Part shown: piece by piece, positions 52,291 through 64,000 of the stretch | How the letters are laid out: every line of letters begins with the position of its first letter | Position numbering within the stretch: position 1 is the stretch's first letter | Assembly: GCA_028534125.1 (NCBI GenBank) | Contig: CM052818.1 | Location: forward strand, 12,712,001 to 12,776,000 | DNA length: 64,000 nt | DNA from: Lama glama | Lineage: Eukaryota | Reading direction: 5' to 3' | Program-made: the position numbers and the translations under genes | The notes under the pieces: generated by a model | What the model was told of the DNA's origin: nothing | The model's input: the letters and a program-made list of their open reading frames with translations, nothing else | The model's database searches: none

Positions 52291-52306
52291 GTGTGTGTGT
52301 GTGTGT
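52244..52306. repeat. (TG)~31 microsatellite with one CG interruption
   Basis: Directly visible. Confidence 0.98.
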
Positions 52307-52721
52307 ATAATCCCTTCAGCCTTAATTCATAGTACAGAGTAGACACTGAACACAGATTTTTGAAAAAAATAAGTAAGTGACAGATAGTATCACTGGACAG
52401 ATCTGTCACTTTCTCTGAGACAGAAATAAAAGAGGATCCCTGAAGACCTCTGAACCTCAGTCTTGAAGTACATTTTAGGGAACTCAGAGAGACTAACAGA
52501 GATGTAAATTCTCCCGGACACCTGCCTCAGATTATGTGAGAAATAAAGTATCAGAAGACAGGGTATATGAGAGAATAGAATTGGGGTGTACGGATTTTTC
52601 AAAGATGAGAACTCCAGGATTTCTCCGTGCCCACAAACACCCTAAAAAACTAATTTTTGACTTTCATTTTAGGTATTATTTTCTGTTAAACCTCTTAAAT
52701 TAACAATGGGGCAAAAGTATT

Positions 52722-53120
52722 TATGGCAGAGTCAATGTTTGTGTATTCAAAGAGTCACCCTATCTTCCTACTGGAAACTCAGTTAATGTACATTTTCCAA
52801 CTCCTTGCATTTATTTTGGACCATGCAACTACATTCCAACAAATGGTATGTTAATGAAAAGTAACCCCATAAAAATCTTTGCATCATCCTTTCTCCTCAT
52901 TCAGGTTCAATTTTACAGGTCACCTAGAGAAGATAACACCACAAAAGGAAAGACACTGAGTCTCTGAGTGATTAAAGCAGAGCGCTCACTATGCTTCTCT
53001 CTCCCCATCATCCCCTCAACTTGTTTTATATGCTGCCACAAGAAAAGAATTTGTGTTGCATTGTCTTAATCCACAATAGCTTAGAGTTGTTTGCTACAAG
53101 AGTTAGCCACCCTGATAATT
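52722..53120 (+). mobile_element. Old MaLR LTR (MLT1J-like)
   Basis: 'tacattttccaactccttgca...ggaccatgcaact', 'gttgtttgctacaagagttagcc'. Confidence 0.55.
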
Positions 53121-53309
53121 TAATCAAGTGATGTACTTGGCTACTGTCACCACAACTGCAAAATCAGGGGCAAGTGGAGAGGCGTGAGATGGACTTCTTA
53201 ACATTCTGGGAAACAATCACCAGAAAGACATCAAAAGCAGTTGGGTATCACTGGTAAGTAAAATAGGCACCTATTCACTTATATTCATTTCTCCTTCTGT
53301 TTTTATAGA

Positions 53310-53440
53310 TATCTTATCTTGAAGGTAGGTCCTCATTGTCTTATTTTGTGATTCCACCAAATTACCTAGGACAGTGCTAAGCTTTTGGAGAATAATCAAT
53401 GAATGTTAGATGAATAAATGAATTACGTAAATGAATAACT
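53310..53440 (+). mobile_element. L2 3' end
   Basis: cttgaaggtagg...cctaggacagtgct...tcaatgaatgttagatgaataaatgaat. Confidence 0.55.
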
Positions 53441-53464
53441 GTATTACAATGTAATTGAAAGATG

Positions 53465-53720
53465 TTGTATAGAGTAAAAAGCATGGATTCTGGAAGCCAA
53501 AAATTCTGGCCATGAGGTCTCATCTACAGAAGACCTTGTGCATGTCTATGCAGCTACACAGCTAGCTGTGTAAGAAAGGGGAATTTATTGAGTATCTCAT
53601 CTTCTATTTTCTCACAGTTAAAAGGAATATTATAAGTACTCACTTAACATAGGATGAAATGGATAACAACACCTAGTAACTCACACAAGCAGGTCACAAG
53701 CAAGTGGTTAAAGTATGTTT
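53465..53720 (+). mobile_element. MIR
   Basis: 'tatagagtaaaaagcatggattctggaagcca', 'ttttctcacagttaaaagg'. Confidence 0.5.
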
Positions 53721-54952
53721 AAGTGGAAAAAAAATACTATTCTTCTCAAGTCACTTACAAGCTGAAAAATAAAGTCACTTACAAGCTAAAAAGTAAATTA
53801 CAGTGGTCTTTTTGTTTGGTTTTGCTTTTGTTTTATAGTGTTTCTAAAAATATAAATAGAATATCTTTATGCTGGGATAGAATTGAACAGTTATAAATCT
53901 TTCCTTCAGATTACTTTTACTTCATCTTCTTTCTCTCAAACATATTCTAGTACCAATTTGTTCCTCAGGCAAAGTCTGGTACTAAGATTATTATTCATTT
54001 TATCTTCTGATAAGATGACAGGATTGGAGTAAAAGTAAAGTATACATATTAATTATGTGGTTAAATGCCTCGATATTTATTCATTATCAAATTATCAAAG
54101 AGACAAGTATAAAGCAGAACATTTGGTGGATAGTCTGCATATTTAATCCATTTTTTATAAGTAAAATCTTTTCCTTGGAATTTGATAATATATCAGTGAA
54201 AACAAAATATTTACCTTAAAATATTCTCTCAAATTAATGATTCATTTTCTATTTTCCACTAAAATTTTAAAGGTTAAAACTTGACTTGGATTATTTGTCT
54301 TATAGAAATATATGAACCTCTCCAAAAATTCACTATTATATTATATAGTGAAATAATCTCAATTTAATGAATGAGCAGAAAAATAAGACATAGAGTTGCC
54401 CAGAGACAAGAGCCAGAAGACCACAGAAACTTTAATTCAAAGTTTAGTTGATGAATTTGCAAAATCTGTGTGCTTTATGAATGTGAGACCCCCAGGAATT
54501 TCAATGGCCAACTGTACCATGTTTTTCCCCCTCTTTAACATTTGACATTTCTAAGATGGAGCTTCATTACAGACAAGCAATCTATGGCAAGAGACTGGGG
54601 AAATGAGACTTAGCAGTAGACGTGGAGAAAGAGGAAGACAGCAACAGAATTGAGCACTGAATTGGAACAGGGCTTTGGAGGTCCATCACAGGTCTGTGAT
54701 ATGTCTCTGTGAAATATTGAGAGACTGCCAGAGAAGCCTCTTAAGATTCAAGAGCAAGCTAATCCATTTTGATTTGTTAGTCAAGATCAATAATCTGGCC
54801 GAACGGCTAACGCAAAAAGGAAATAACAAAACTGATTAAAAAAAAAAATACGCCACCCTTCTACTGCATTCTGTATACTTTAGTGTTTATGTACTGCTAC
54901 AAAGAGCAAAAGGGGCAAGATCTGCCCAATCAACAACTAGGAGAACCTATAA

Positions 54953-54980
54953 TGATAACAACAACAACAACAACAATAAC
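54953..54980. repeat. (ACA)n microsatellite
   Basis: ataacaacaacaacaacaacaataac. Confidence 0.9.
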
Positions 54981-55589
54981 AGCTCCAATAATGGAAATAA
55001 TTTTCCCAATTATTATTAGTTTTTCTTCCAATGTCTTCATCTTACTTTGCTTTTCAGGGAACCCAACTGTGATCTGATATCTAGGAGAGGATGGTAGACA
55101 AAGGACTAGGATCGGGTGAGGGAGCTGAAATTTTTCTCCTCTCATGACTAAGCAGGAGTAAATCCAACATCTACCTCCAGAGAGGCCCCATAGTGTCATT
55201 TTCTTGATGGATTTGTTCTCACACAGGGTTAGGCTCTCTGATAGTGCAGGTTCTATTGTTGTCAGGTCTAGAGTCAATGAATCAAGTTAACTGAGTTCAT
55301 TATTCTGTGACGGATAATATGACTTTGAGTTAATCACAGTACTCATGTGACAACCAAGATGAAACTTTCCTGTTATCTGACAATTTAGTATATTGAATTA
55401 GTAAACTGAAGGCTTTAATAAAGGAAAGTTGAGTTCTCTGGCAACTTGATTGATTATTCCTGACACACAGATTATGATTTTCTTGTGACTACATCCATGT
55501 TCACCAGATTCATGGTCTCTCCTCCAGTTACTGACAGATAAATGCTGCTCACTTCTGGCTCTTCAGGCTTTTACAGCACAAGGCTGGTT

Positions 55590-55745
55590 ATATAAAGATC
55601 CATTAAGGATTTGGTTAAAAATATAAATTTGGGAGACCCATTCCAAACCTACTAAAACAGAATCTCCAAATGTGAGGCACTGGTATTTTTAACTTTCATA
55701 ATCTTCCCAGGAACCCCTGATAAGCAGTTCACTTTGGGTCACTCT
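55590..55745. mobile_element. MER5-like fragment
   Basis: 'ccaaacctactaaaacagaatctcc...ggtatttttaac...cttcccagg'. Confidence 0.4.
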
Positions 55746-56618
55746 ATAGGCTAAAATTCAATTGCAAAAATATAGTTTTTCACCAAACTGGTGAAAAATT
55801 GGATATTTTTCCACATAAATACATTTAAATTTAAATGTACACTTAAATGGTATGTCAGTGTGTCCTCGGGAGATTATAACGAGGTCACTTCATCTTGGTA
55901 CCGGTTGTAATAAAAAGTATTGACCATTTCTAGACACTTTGACCACTTATTTAAATTTTCTTATTTCCCTCTCATATATGGCTGATAATATCACTTGTGG
56001 ATAGATTATAATAGTTGAACTTCAGAATCCCTTTTTTTCAAGTTTAGAGTGAAAGAGATTAGAGTTCCCCATAATAGTATTAATAATGCATCTGCTATTC
56101 TTTCAGTTAAAAGAAATCATAAACATACATTTTTCAAGCTTTTAGAGTATTTGTGATGACACTAAAATCTCCCTTTTGTAGAAGAACAGGGCAAACCAAT
56201 TATGATAAATTGGACATCATTTTTGAGGCTAATAGCCTCTTCTTAAGAGAATAATTTTCCACTCTCTCTTGAGTTTTTTTTAATCAGTTCAGAATGCCAA
56301 CTCTTGTGAAAATTTCTGAAAACATTAGGGTGTAATATATGTTATGTTTCATAAACCAGTTTTCTATTATAATTCATAATTTATAAAACAGATACAGATC
56401 AAATCAGTTTTAAAAAAGTGATTTGGGGACTATTCTGCTTGTAGTATGATTCAGGAGAAGAAAATTTCTCTGAGACTTTACTACTCAATTGCAGATGGAA
56501 AATTGTCAAAAACAATTCACTGTAACTTAGAAATGGTGAAACAGTTATGTGACATCTGAGTTAATTATCTGGATATTCTAGATGAACATTTTCTAAAGTG
56601 TAACCATGATATACTCAC

Positions 56619-56719
56619 CCTGCAGGATCCTCTTCCAAAAAGAAAAAAGACACTTAGGTAAAATACACTGTACTACTCTGGCTTGGAGATTTATTTTGCA
56701 CATTAGCAAATTAAAGGAC
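56619..56719 (-). other. Candidate exon (101 nt)
   Basis: Long pyrimidine tract ending ctgggttcttcag|gt and donor cagg|gtgagt; one frame open (SFNLLMCKINLQARVV...KRILQ). Confidence 0.35.
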
Positions 56720-57619
56720 CTGAAGAACCCAGAAAAAAAGAAACTACCTAATTCAGTATTTTCAAGATATACTTGATGACATAATATTTCCATATACTAT
56801 CTATTAATATCTGAGGCCCACAGAACACATATCAGGACACAATAATGTTTAGAAGATAAAACCTGATTATCAATGATCAATCATCTCAGATAGTTTGTGT
56901 TGGGTGTATAGAGGAGAAATTCTTAATGGAAAGATACGAACAAGACATTATGTTTTTTCCAAGGTGTCACATCAAAATATTTACAGTGCCTTTAAGACAG
57001 CTTAATGAGAACTTGGTAACCAATTAAGTCAAAGAATGCATCTATAGGTCAAAGATAACAGAAAGTGTTTGTTTTATTCATTATCATGAAAATCCACCTC
57101 ACTGATAATGAAAAATATACAGATGTTTGCTCTACCAAGTACAATCAGGGAAATTTAAAGCCTACATTTAATTAACTAAAACAAGTTTGGATGCATAAGA
57201 AAAGGAAATGGCCGTGGAGACTGTTAAGTCTCTCCAGGAAATCCTACTGAAGGACAAATACAAATTGAAGAAAATAAGCATAAATAGTTCTAGGTAAATT
57301 GAGTTCTTCAGATAATAGTAAGATGATATATCAATATTTATAGCATATTAATTATAAAATAATAATTTGAATGTTGTGTTAATTGATCTATAACTATATA
57401 TGTGTGTAGATATTTTTAAAATAGTATTCAGTTCTATATAAATGGCTTAGCAAGTCAGACATAATATAACTTAAAGTGTATCCTTTGCCCATAAATGAGT
57501 TCACAAATGAGAAAACAATTCTTTGATAAGCCACAGGTCCATATAATTCTTTCTAAAAATATGACCACTGTAACTATGTCCAGGCTTCCTAGGTATGATA
57601 ATATTAACTGGTTACATTT

Positions 57620-58207
57620 AATTTCTTTTTCTTTTATACTTCATTTTTTATAACAGTTTTAGGTTCCCAGAAAAGCTAAGCAGAAAGTACAGAGTTCTCA
57701 TATACTGCTTTATCCCCGTCTGGGCATGCATAGACCCCCACCATCAACATGACCCACAAGAAATGTACATTTGCTACAATTAATGAACCTACAAGGATAC
57801 ATCATTATCACTCAAAATCCACAGTTTACTATAAGTTTCTTGGTGTACATTCTATGGCTTTGGATAAAAGTATGATGACATGAATCTACTACTGTCATAC
57901 CACACAGAATAGTTTCACTGCTCTAAAAATTCTCTCTGCTCTGCCTATTCATCTCTCCCTCCTTCCTGACCTCTGATCTTTTTACTGTCTCCAGAGTTTT
58001 GCTTCTCAGAATGTACTATAGTTGGAATTATACAGTAGGTAGGCTGTGAAGATTGGCTTATTTTACTTAGTAATATGCATTTAAGATTCCTCATGTCTTT
58101 TCATGGCTTTTTAGCTTATTTTCTTTTAGTGCTAAATAATATTCCATTGTCTGGAAGTGTGTATCACAGTTTATCCATTCATCTACTGAAAGACATGCTT
58201 GGTTGCT
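57620..58207 (-). mobile_element. L1MC1-like 3' end with TSD
   Basis: 'cagttttaggttcccagaaaagctaagcagaaagtacagagttctcatatac', 'atacatcattatcactcaaaatccacagttta'; tggttacattt (57609) / tggttatattt (58208). Confidence 0.9.
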
Positions 58208-61042
58208 TGGTTATATTTTAACCTTGTTATAATCCTAACAGGCAGAAAGCACAGAAGAAAAAAAATGATATACTTAGGTTACTAAGGGTCATCGGATTAT
58301 TTTTCACTTCTTTTGAAACTACTGTTCTCATTCCATAAAAATAAGTACGAAAAGAACAAAGGTTCTTATGCATAGGCTCACTTAGAGCCTTATATGTAAG
58401 TATATAATGCACTGCATGAACATATCCATACAGAAGCATCACATTAGTGGCATAATACAAGTAGTAAATTTATCCAACACAGTTTTAATCCCTAAAACTA
58501 TTACTGCCACAAGAACATTTATTCCACTTCCCAATCTTGTTTCTACCTTCTTTTGCTTCTTAACGAGTAATGTGTCTCTTGTGATTAAAGAGACACCAGC
58601 ATGTTTCTTTAATAATTTAATCAAGTGATTAAGGAGTAGCCTTTATCTGATACTTCTAGCATTCTGAGATTTGACGAAAGTGAAATTAGTCTTTGCTTAT
58701 AGATGATAAATAAAATGACAGAATGAAACCAAAACAGACAAGTCTCTGTAACCTAAATCATAACCTATGCATACTATTTTTAAAGTCACTTAATGAAAAA
58801 CAGTTAGACTAAATTTCTACTTGATAAATAACATCTATTTATGTAAATGACAGCCATTACATTTAAAATAGGCATACATTTTTATAGGTTTTTTTTTCAG
58901 AGAAATTTTCACATTTCTGAAGTCTAAGATCCAATCAATTTGATCTGACTGGTTCTGAGCCTAATTTTGAGAAATATGTTCCGGTGTACCAATTAAACAA
59001 AACTCCAAATTATCCTCATTGAAACTGAAAGAATCTTCCAGGAGGAGCATACAAAAATATGTACTTCTGAAAGATCACAACAAAATAGTTTGGTTTTTTT
59101 TCTATTTGACCTTTTATTCACAGTGAAGACATGAAACATCATTGAAATAGTATCTTTTTGAAAGGAAATTTCAGTCCTAAAAAAATAAGTCAAAAGATTC
59201 TGTGAAAGATTTGTTTTGATTTCCTTTGTATCTATGAAAACAAGAAATACTGAAAGTAAAGTTTAGGTAAGATAGATATTTTGGAGCCTACTTGCATACT
59301 GAGAAGATTTGAACAGAACATCTGAACCTGTTTATTTGAGGGAAACTTAGTGAAAATAATCAGAGTAATTTAACTAAAGAAAATTGAATTTTTTAAATTA
59401 CTTCAGCCTTTACACTCTCCTAACCATTTCTTCCAGTAAGATGGAGAGAGAATAAAGCTAACTCAGGAAAAAGTTTATTATTTAATACAAGATGATTTTA
59501 GGAAGGAATTAATTAGACAATATAATAATTATTACTTTATGAATAAAAGAAAAAAAGAAGACATCTCAGCAACAGCACATCATAACACTTTCTCATGTAT
59601 GTTGGCCTCAATCATTTTCTCTCTTGATTAGCTTTGCTGTTCATTCTTATTTTGCTCTCATTCTAAATTCATGAAGTATCTCTTTTTTATTTCACTTTAC
59701 TGATAGTTTTAGTCTTACTGAGTTTATGAAAATGATTTTTTACTATAAAATCCTTTTGGTCTGGGAGACATATGTAGTGGTTACTAGATCTCTGATTGTA
59801 ACTCTGGATAACTGGGAGAGAAGGGCATGGTCACTGAAATCCACATGATGCAGAGTACAGCAGGAGTCTGGAAGGGAAGAAGGCTGAGCTGCAGCAAGTA
59901 AAATAGAAGAGCTAGACTAAGAGGTAGCCAAACTGAAATAAAGACGAGGAGAGACAGCCAAATCTTTCTCATCACTCTGAAATGGCAGGGAATGGTAAGG
60001 AGTTTTCATCTTATATGCTAATCCCCATCAATTGCTAGAAGCTCTTGATGAAGAATGTGAACTGGTGAAGAATTAGAGGTTACAGCCAAGTTCAGAGTGA
60101 TACAGTACCACGATTGATTAGCTATTACTCTCATGGACACAAGAAGAGAAACCCATGACAAATGCACCAAATGTTTGTGATTTCTTACCTTAATAAGGAG
60201 AGAATATGTGACGGAGATTAAGGAACCTTCATCTTTCTTTGTGGGTGGACAGTATTTGTACTTACACTAAAAACAGAGACTCTACTTGGTCACAGAGCAT
60301 CTCACTGAGAAACCATGGACACAAGTCATGCTACCTATTAGCCCACATTTCAGACTTCCTCTTTGCATACTGTAGATAACTTCTGACCAGGCAATAGTCC
60401 CCCACATACTAACAGGTTGATGAGATATCAGGTCAGGGATACCGGGAATAAAAGCTTGAGTTTCTCTGAAAGTAAGTTTTCTGAATGTAGGCATAGTGAG
60501 AAATAGTAAGCCTTACTACAGAAACTCTACACTATTAACTAAGGCCCTCTCAGTATCAAGTGTCTAGTTGGTATACTTGCAGTCATTAATCAGTGGCAAT
60601 GGCCTCAGAATGTCAAATCAGAAAAACTGTAGTTAGATATCTGATATCTAAAACTATGTGGTAATAGAAGGTCTTACTGATAAATGGAATGACAATTTGG
60701 TGGGTCAACAGAGAAGATAAAATGGGTTATAGCCAATGAGGTGCCAATGCCAATATTTGAGCCAGATAGCTTGGAAATTAGATCTGGATAAACAATATTC
60801 CAGTAACATATAAAGGATTAACGAATGGGCAGCTGCCTCTCAAGTTATTTGAAACTGTGACCAAGGACCAATTGTCATAGGCAATGATGTATTATCACCA
60901 GAAATCTCTGCAGGTAGTCTTCAATGTTTTAAAAATGTTCTATGGACAAGTGAAATATTTTGATGCAAGCTTTTCCAAGTGAGCTTGTTTTTCACATTCC
61001 ATCTTAGAGGAGGCCTCCTAAGCTCTTCCTGGTGTACAGAAT

Positions 61043-61282
61043 CACACAGTGGTTAAGAACTAGGGCTCTGAAGTCAGACAACTCTTGAATCAAATACTAG
61101 TTCCATCAGGTAATACTTAAATAAACTTTTAACTGGTTGTGTGACATTTCTAAGCCTGAATCTCCTCATATGCAAAGAGGATAAAGTAAACATTGCAACT
61201 TAGCTGTAAAGATTAAGCACAATAATATATGCAAAGTGACTAAGACAGTACCTGGCATAGTAAGTGCTCAGTTAAATATTAC
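61043..61282 (+). mobile_element. MIR, near full length
   Basis: agtggttaagaactagggctctgaagtcagac ... acagtacctggcatagtaagtgctcagttaaatatt. Confidence 0.8.
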
Positions 61283-63659
61283 ATTTAAAACAAATGAAAA
61301 TTGCCCTAAGGTGCTCTGAATTTTTAGGTCCTATAATCATGAGCACTGATATACCTGCTAACCACATAAAGTGCTTCTATTGGCTTAAGCCGATGTAGCA
61401 GAACCTGGTGTGAGCTGAGCTTTTGGCTCACTACAATTATCCTAGGCCAGATCACACTCTAATGAGGTATCTGGCTTTTGGGGAGGTAGCATTTCCAAAA
61501 TTAAAGGTGGATGCGATGATAAGAGTTCCCTTTCCTAGTGTGGCTTCCAGAACCAGCTTCCAAGCAGACATGAGTTTGAGGGCCATTAGGTTCACACACT
61601 TGAATAGAAACACCCCAAATCCCTGCCCTCAGCTCTGAGTCTGGACTGGGGCAGGGTGAAATACTAAACAAAGACTTTAGCAAACAGAAAAGAGTAGTTC
61701 CTTACAAAAATTAGAAACAGTTCTCTCCCTTAAAGTAAATGTTTACTAGGCGAGCCAAGTCCAGGGAATTTACAATGACTTGCTATTAAATCATGATGAA
61801 ACTTAAAATCCGCAGAGGTCTTGCTCATCTTTTCATCACATACATGGCTTAGCATTTTCACAAGGCCTAGACAGGCTCTGAAAAGTGGTTCATCTCACTG
61901 TGTTTCACATCAGTAGGGCCAGGAATGCAACCTGAGCTCTACCTAAAGAGGAAACCATCCCACGATCAAATGTTAGTGCTTCAATTCTTGAGCTTTAACC
62001 ATTAACTCAAAACAAGCACAAGGTCCAAAATCTGCAGAGGTCATATTGGGTCCAATTCCTCCTCCAAGACTAAAAGGAATCTGAGGTCAAAAAGCTCTAG
62101 CCTGGGGGATTCCAGGGGTTGTAGCACAACAAGCTGGTTTAGGTAAACTGGCAAAATTGAAAAGCCTTGGTCCAACGTCCGAATGAATCAACGGTCCAAG
62201 AGGCCAGGCAGAGAGCACGAACTCATGTGTGACTTAAAGGGTGAAAATCAGAAGAGAGTGAAGGTTCTAAAGCATGATAAAGAAGGAAGTTGTTAAAAGG
62301 GTTGAGCAGCATGAACACCACGTTCTACAAATCATGAAACTGAGAGAGTTCCACTTCTGATGTGGCATAATATAGGAGGAAATAATGGTCAGGGAATTAA
62401 GAATATGGTATCATGTTATATCATTATGTGAAAATCCCTTCTAGTGAGGGAGTTCAATCCTCATGTCCATGCTGACTGGTCAATCTTACCATGTCCATGC
62501 TGACTTTATTTCACACTAAATTAGCTTAGTGTCAAAGTCAAAACAAGTCTGCCAAAGGTTTTCCTTTTCCAAAAGGCCCTTGCATCTCCTTACCATGCAT
62601 GACAAATTTAATTACAGAAAATAATTTCCAGTAGCACTACACTACTGAAAAAACACCAACTTAGCTATGAACAGACTACTCCAAAATGTCACAAGATGCG
62701 TGAGAAAACCACACGGTTGGGAATTCAACACCACATCATCATTCCTGATGATCAACCAATTCATTTTTGTCACTGCAGCATACATACCAAGCAAGCTTGT
62801 TCCATGTCACCATGTTACTCCTATCAATTTATACTATAGAGTACAGTCATACTGCTCTGTTAAGGAAAGAGAATGGAGTAGATGAAATGTCAACTTAGGT
62901 GGGGATCAGTACTAATAACAAGTGCTGATTCAGCACACAAGAAACTGCTCTACAATTAATTCAAAAACAAAAGAGACCAAAAAAAAGAGAGACAGAACTA
63001 CTTAAAATGTATTATTATTGGTTCATTAAACTATAATTTGTAAAGACGGATAAAGCTGCACCACAATGTTTCTACTACAGGACTGACTTAAATAACAAAA
63101 CCATCCACTTAGATAGATACAGATTTCCCTATTTCTACAACAGAAGGGTATCTGAAAGCTCCAAAGCATTCTTCACAGATAACACTGAGCTGAGAGAATG
63201 TTCTTTGTTGAAAGTTCAAAACAGGATAAAATATTAAAAGCATTCAAAAGCATTTTATCTTTGAAACATCAGTCTTCAGAATAAAATGTCATTGAATTCC
63301 TGAAATATTTTTCAGCAAAAGCATGGACCAGAACTTGCAATACATATTTAAATGCTTTAACATACGATCTTATACTCACCACCAAGGAAACTATGCCTAA
63401 TAAAAACTAGTAGGTTATTTTTTTGAAATTACATATAAAAGGATATTTTTTCATAATTAGAAGTATATTTCTATATTCAAAGAAATTCAGAATGTGCAGA
63501 GTGGACATGAATTTCTGACTTAGAAGCCTTGGGAGACAATATAAATGATCAGCTATTTTTGGAAAAAAGAGAATGGCCAGCCATTCCCGTCATATCTGAT
63601 GTCCATTTAGTAGCAGAAGACAAGAAGGCTCCTTGCTTTTGCTGGAAGGAGCAAAGCAA

Positions 63660-63662
63660 AAA

Positions 63663-63713
<51 letters not shown>

Positions 63714-63715
63714 AT
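63660..63715. repeat. (AAAT)14 microsatellite
   Basis: Perfect tetranucleotide run. Confidence 0.97.
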
Positions 63716-63729
63716 GCACTATAAACACA

Positions 63730-63878
63730 TATTTCTCAAGCTTTAATGTTCATTTTAAACACTTGAGGATCCTATTAAAATACAGATTCTGATTTGGTAG
63801 GTCTGGGAGTCTACGTTTCTAAATGCCTTCATGTGATACCTATGCTGCTAATCTGGGGATCACTCCTTGAACAACAGT
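63730..63878. mobile_element. MER5A-like hAT
   Basis: tttctcaagcttt...ttaaaatacagattctgatttggtaggtctggg...atgctgctaatctggggatcac. Confidence 0.6.
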
Positions 63879-64000
63879 TATAAAGAATAAAAAGGCAAAT
63901 CAGCATCATACAAAGAGGAGCCTGTTTTTTCAGATTTCTCTTAAGTCCTTCCTAGTCTGAACTGTTCTGCATCAATGGTTTTTATCTTGGCTGCACATTA

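Noticed and set aside
52375..52411. 11-bp inverted repeat aagtgacagat…atctgtcactt
   Set aside because: A stem of this length is expected by chance in 64 kb of AT-rich DNA, and it is too short for a pre-miRNA.
54930..55277. 115-aa ORF with a hydrophobic transmembrane-like tail
   Set aside because: The Val/Ile run is the antisense of an (ACA)n/(ATA)n microsatellite.
55776..55798. 10-bp hairpin tttttcacca-aac-tggtgaaaaa (terminator-like)
   Set aside because: Intrinsic terminators are not relevant in mammalian DNA, and this is a chance-level stem.
1..64000. Prokaryotic systems (operons, CRISPR arrays, defence islands)
   Set aside because: The sequence is mammalian repeat-rich DNA with no gene-dense ORFs and no repeat-spacer arrays.

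Overview
This is AT-rich mammalian (eutherian) non-coding DNA, intergenic or deep intronic, and not prokaryotic. Roughly a third or more is recognisable decayed interspersed repeat: L1, L2, L3/CR1, MIR, MaLR/ERVL/ERV1 LTRs, and hAT and Tigger DNA transposons, plus microsatellites. The youngest L1 3' ends look cetartiodactyl. Together with the absence of any young tRNA-derived SINE I can recognise, this suggests a camelid (inference). I recognise no protein-coding gene, RNA gene or CRISPR array; the ORF track is explained by repeats and chance. Best leads: (1) a 1.07-kb L1 5'UTR-only insertion with no poly-A, flanked by an exact 16-bp duplication; (2) several minus-strand exon-like segments that might form an unannotated spliced transcript; (3) a promoter-like cluster at 17.4-17.8 kb (G4 motif, CpG-rich Z-DNA/XRE array, TATA); (4) rearranged and nested L1s; (5) candidate enhancers. 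I found no convincing novel biological system. Repeat family names come from my recall of consensus sequences, not from a database search. Boundaries are approximate unless a TSD or TIR is cited.
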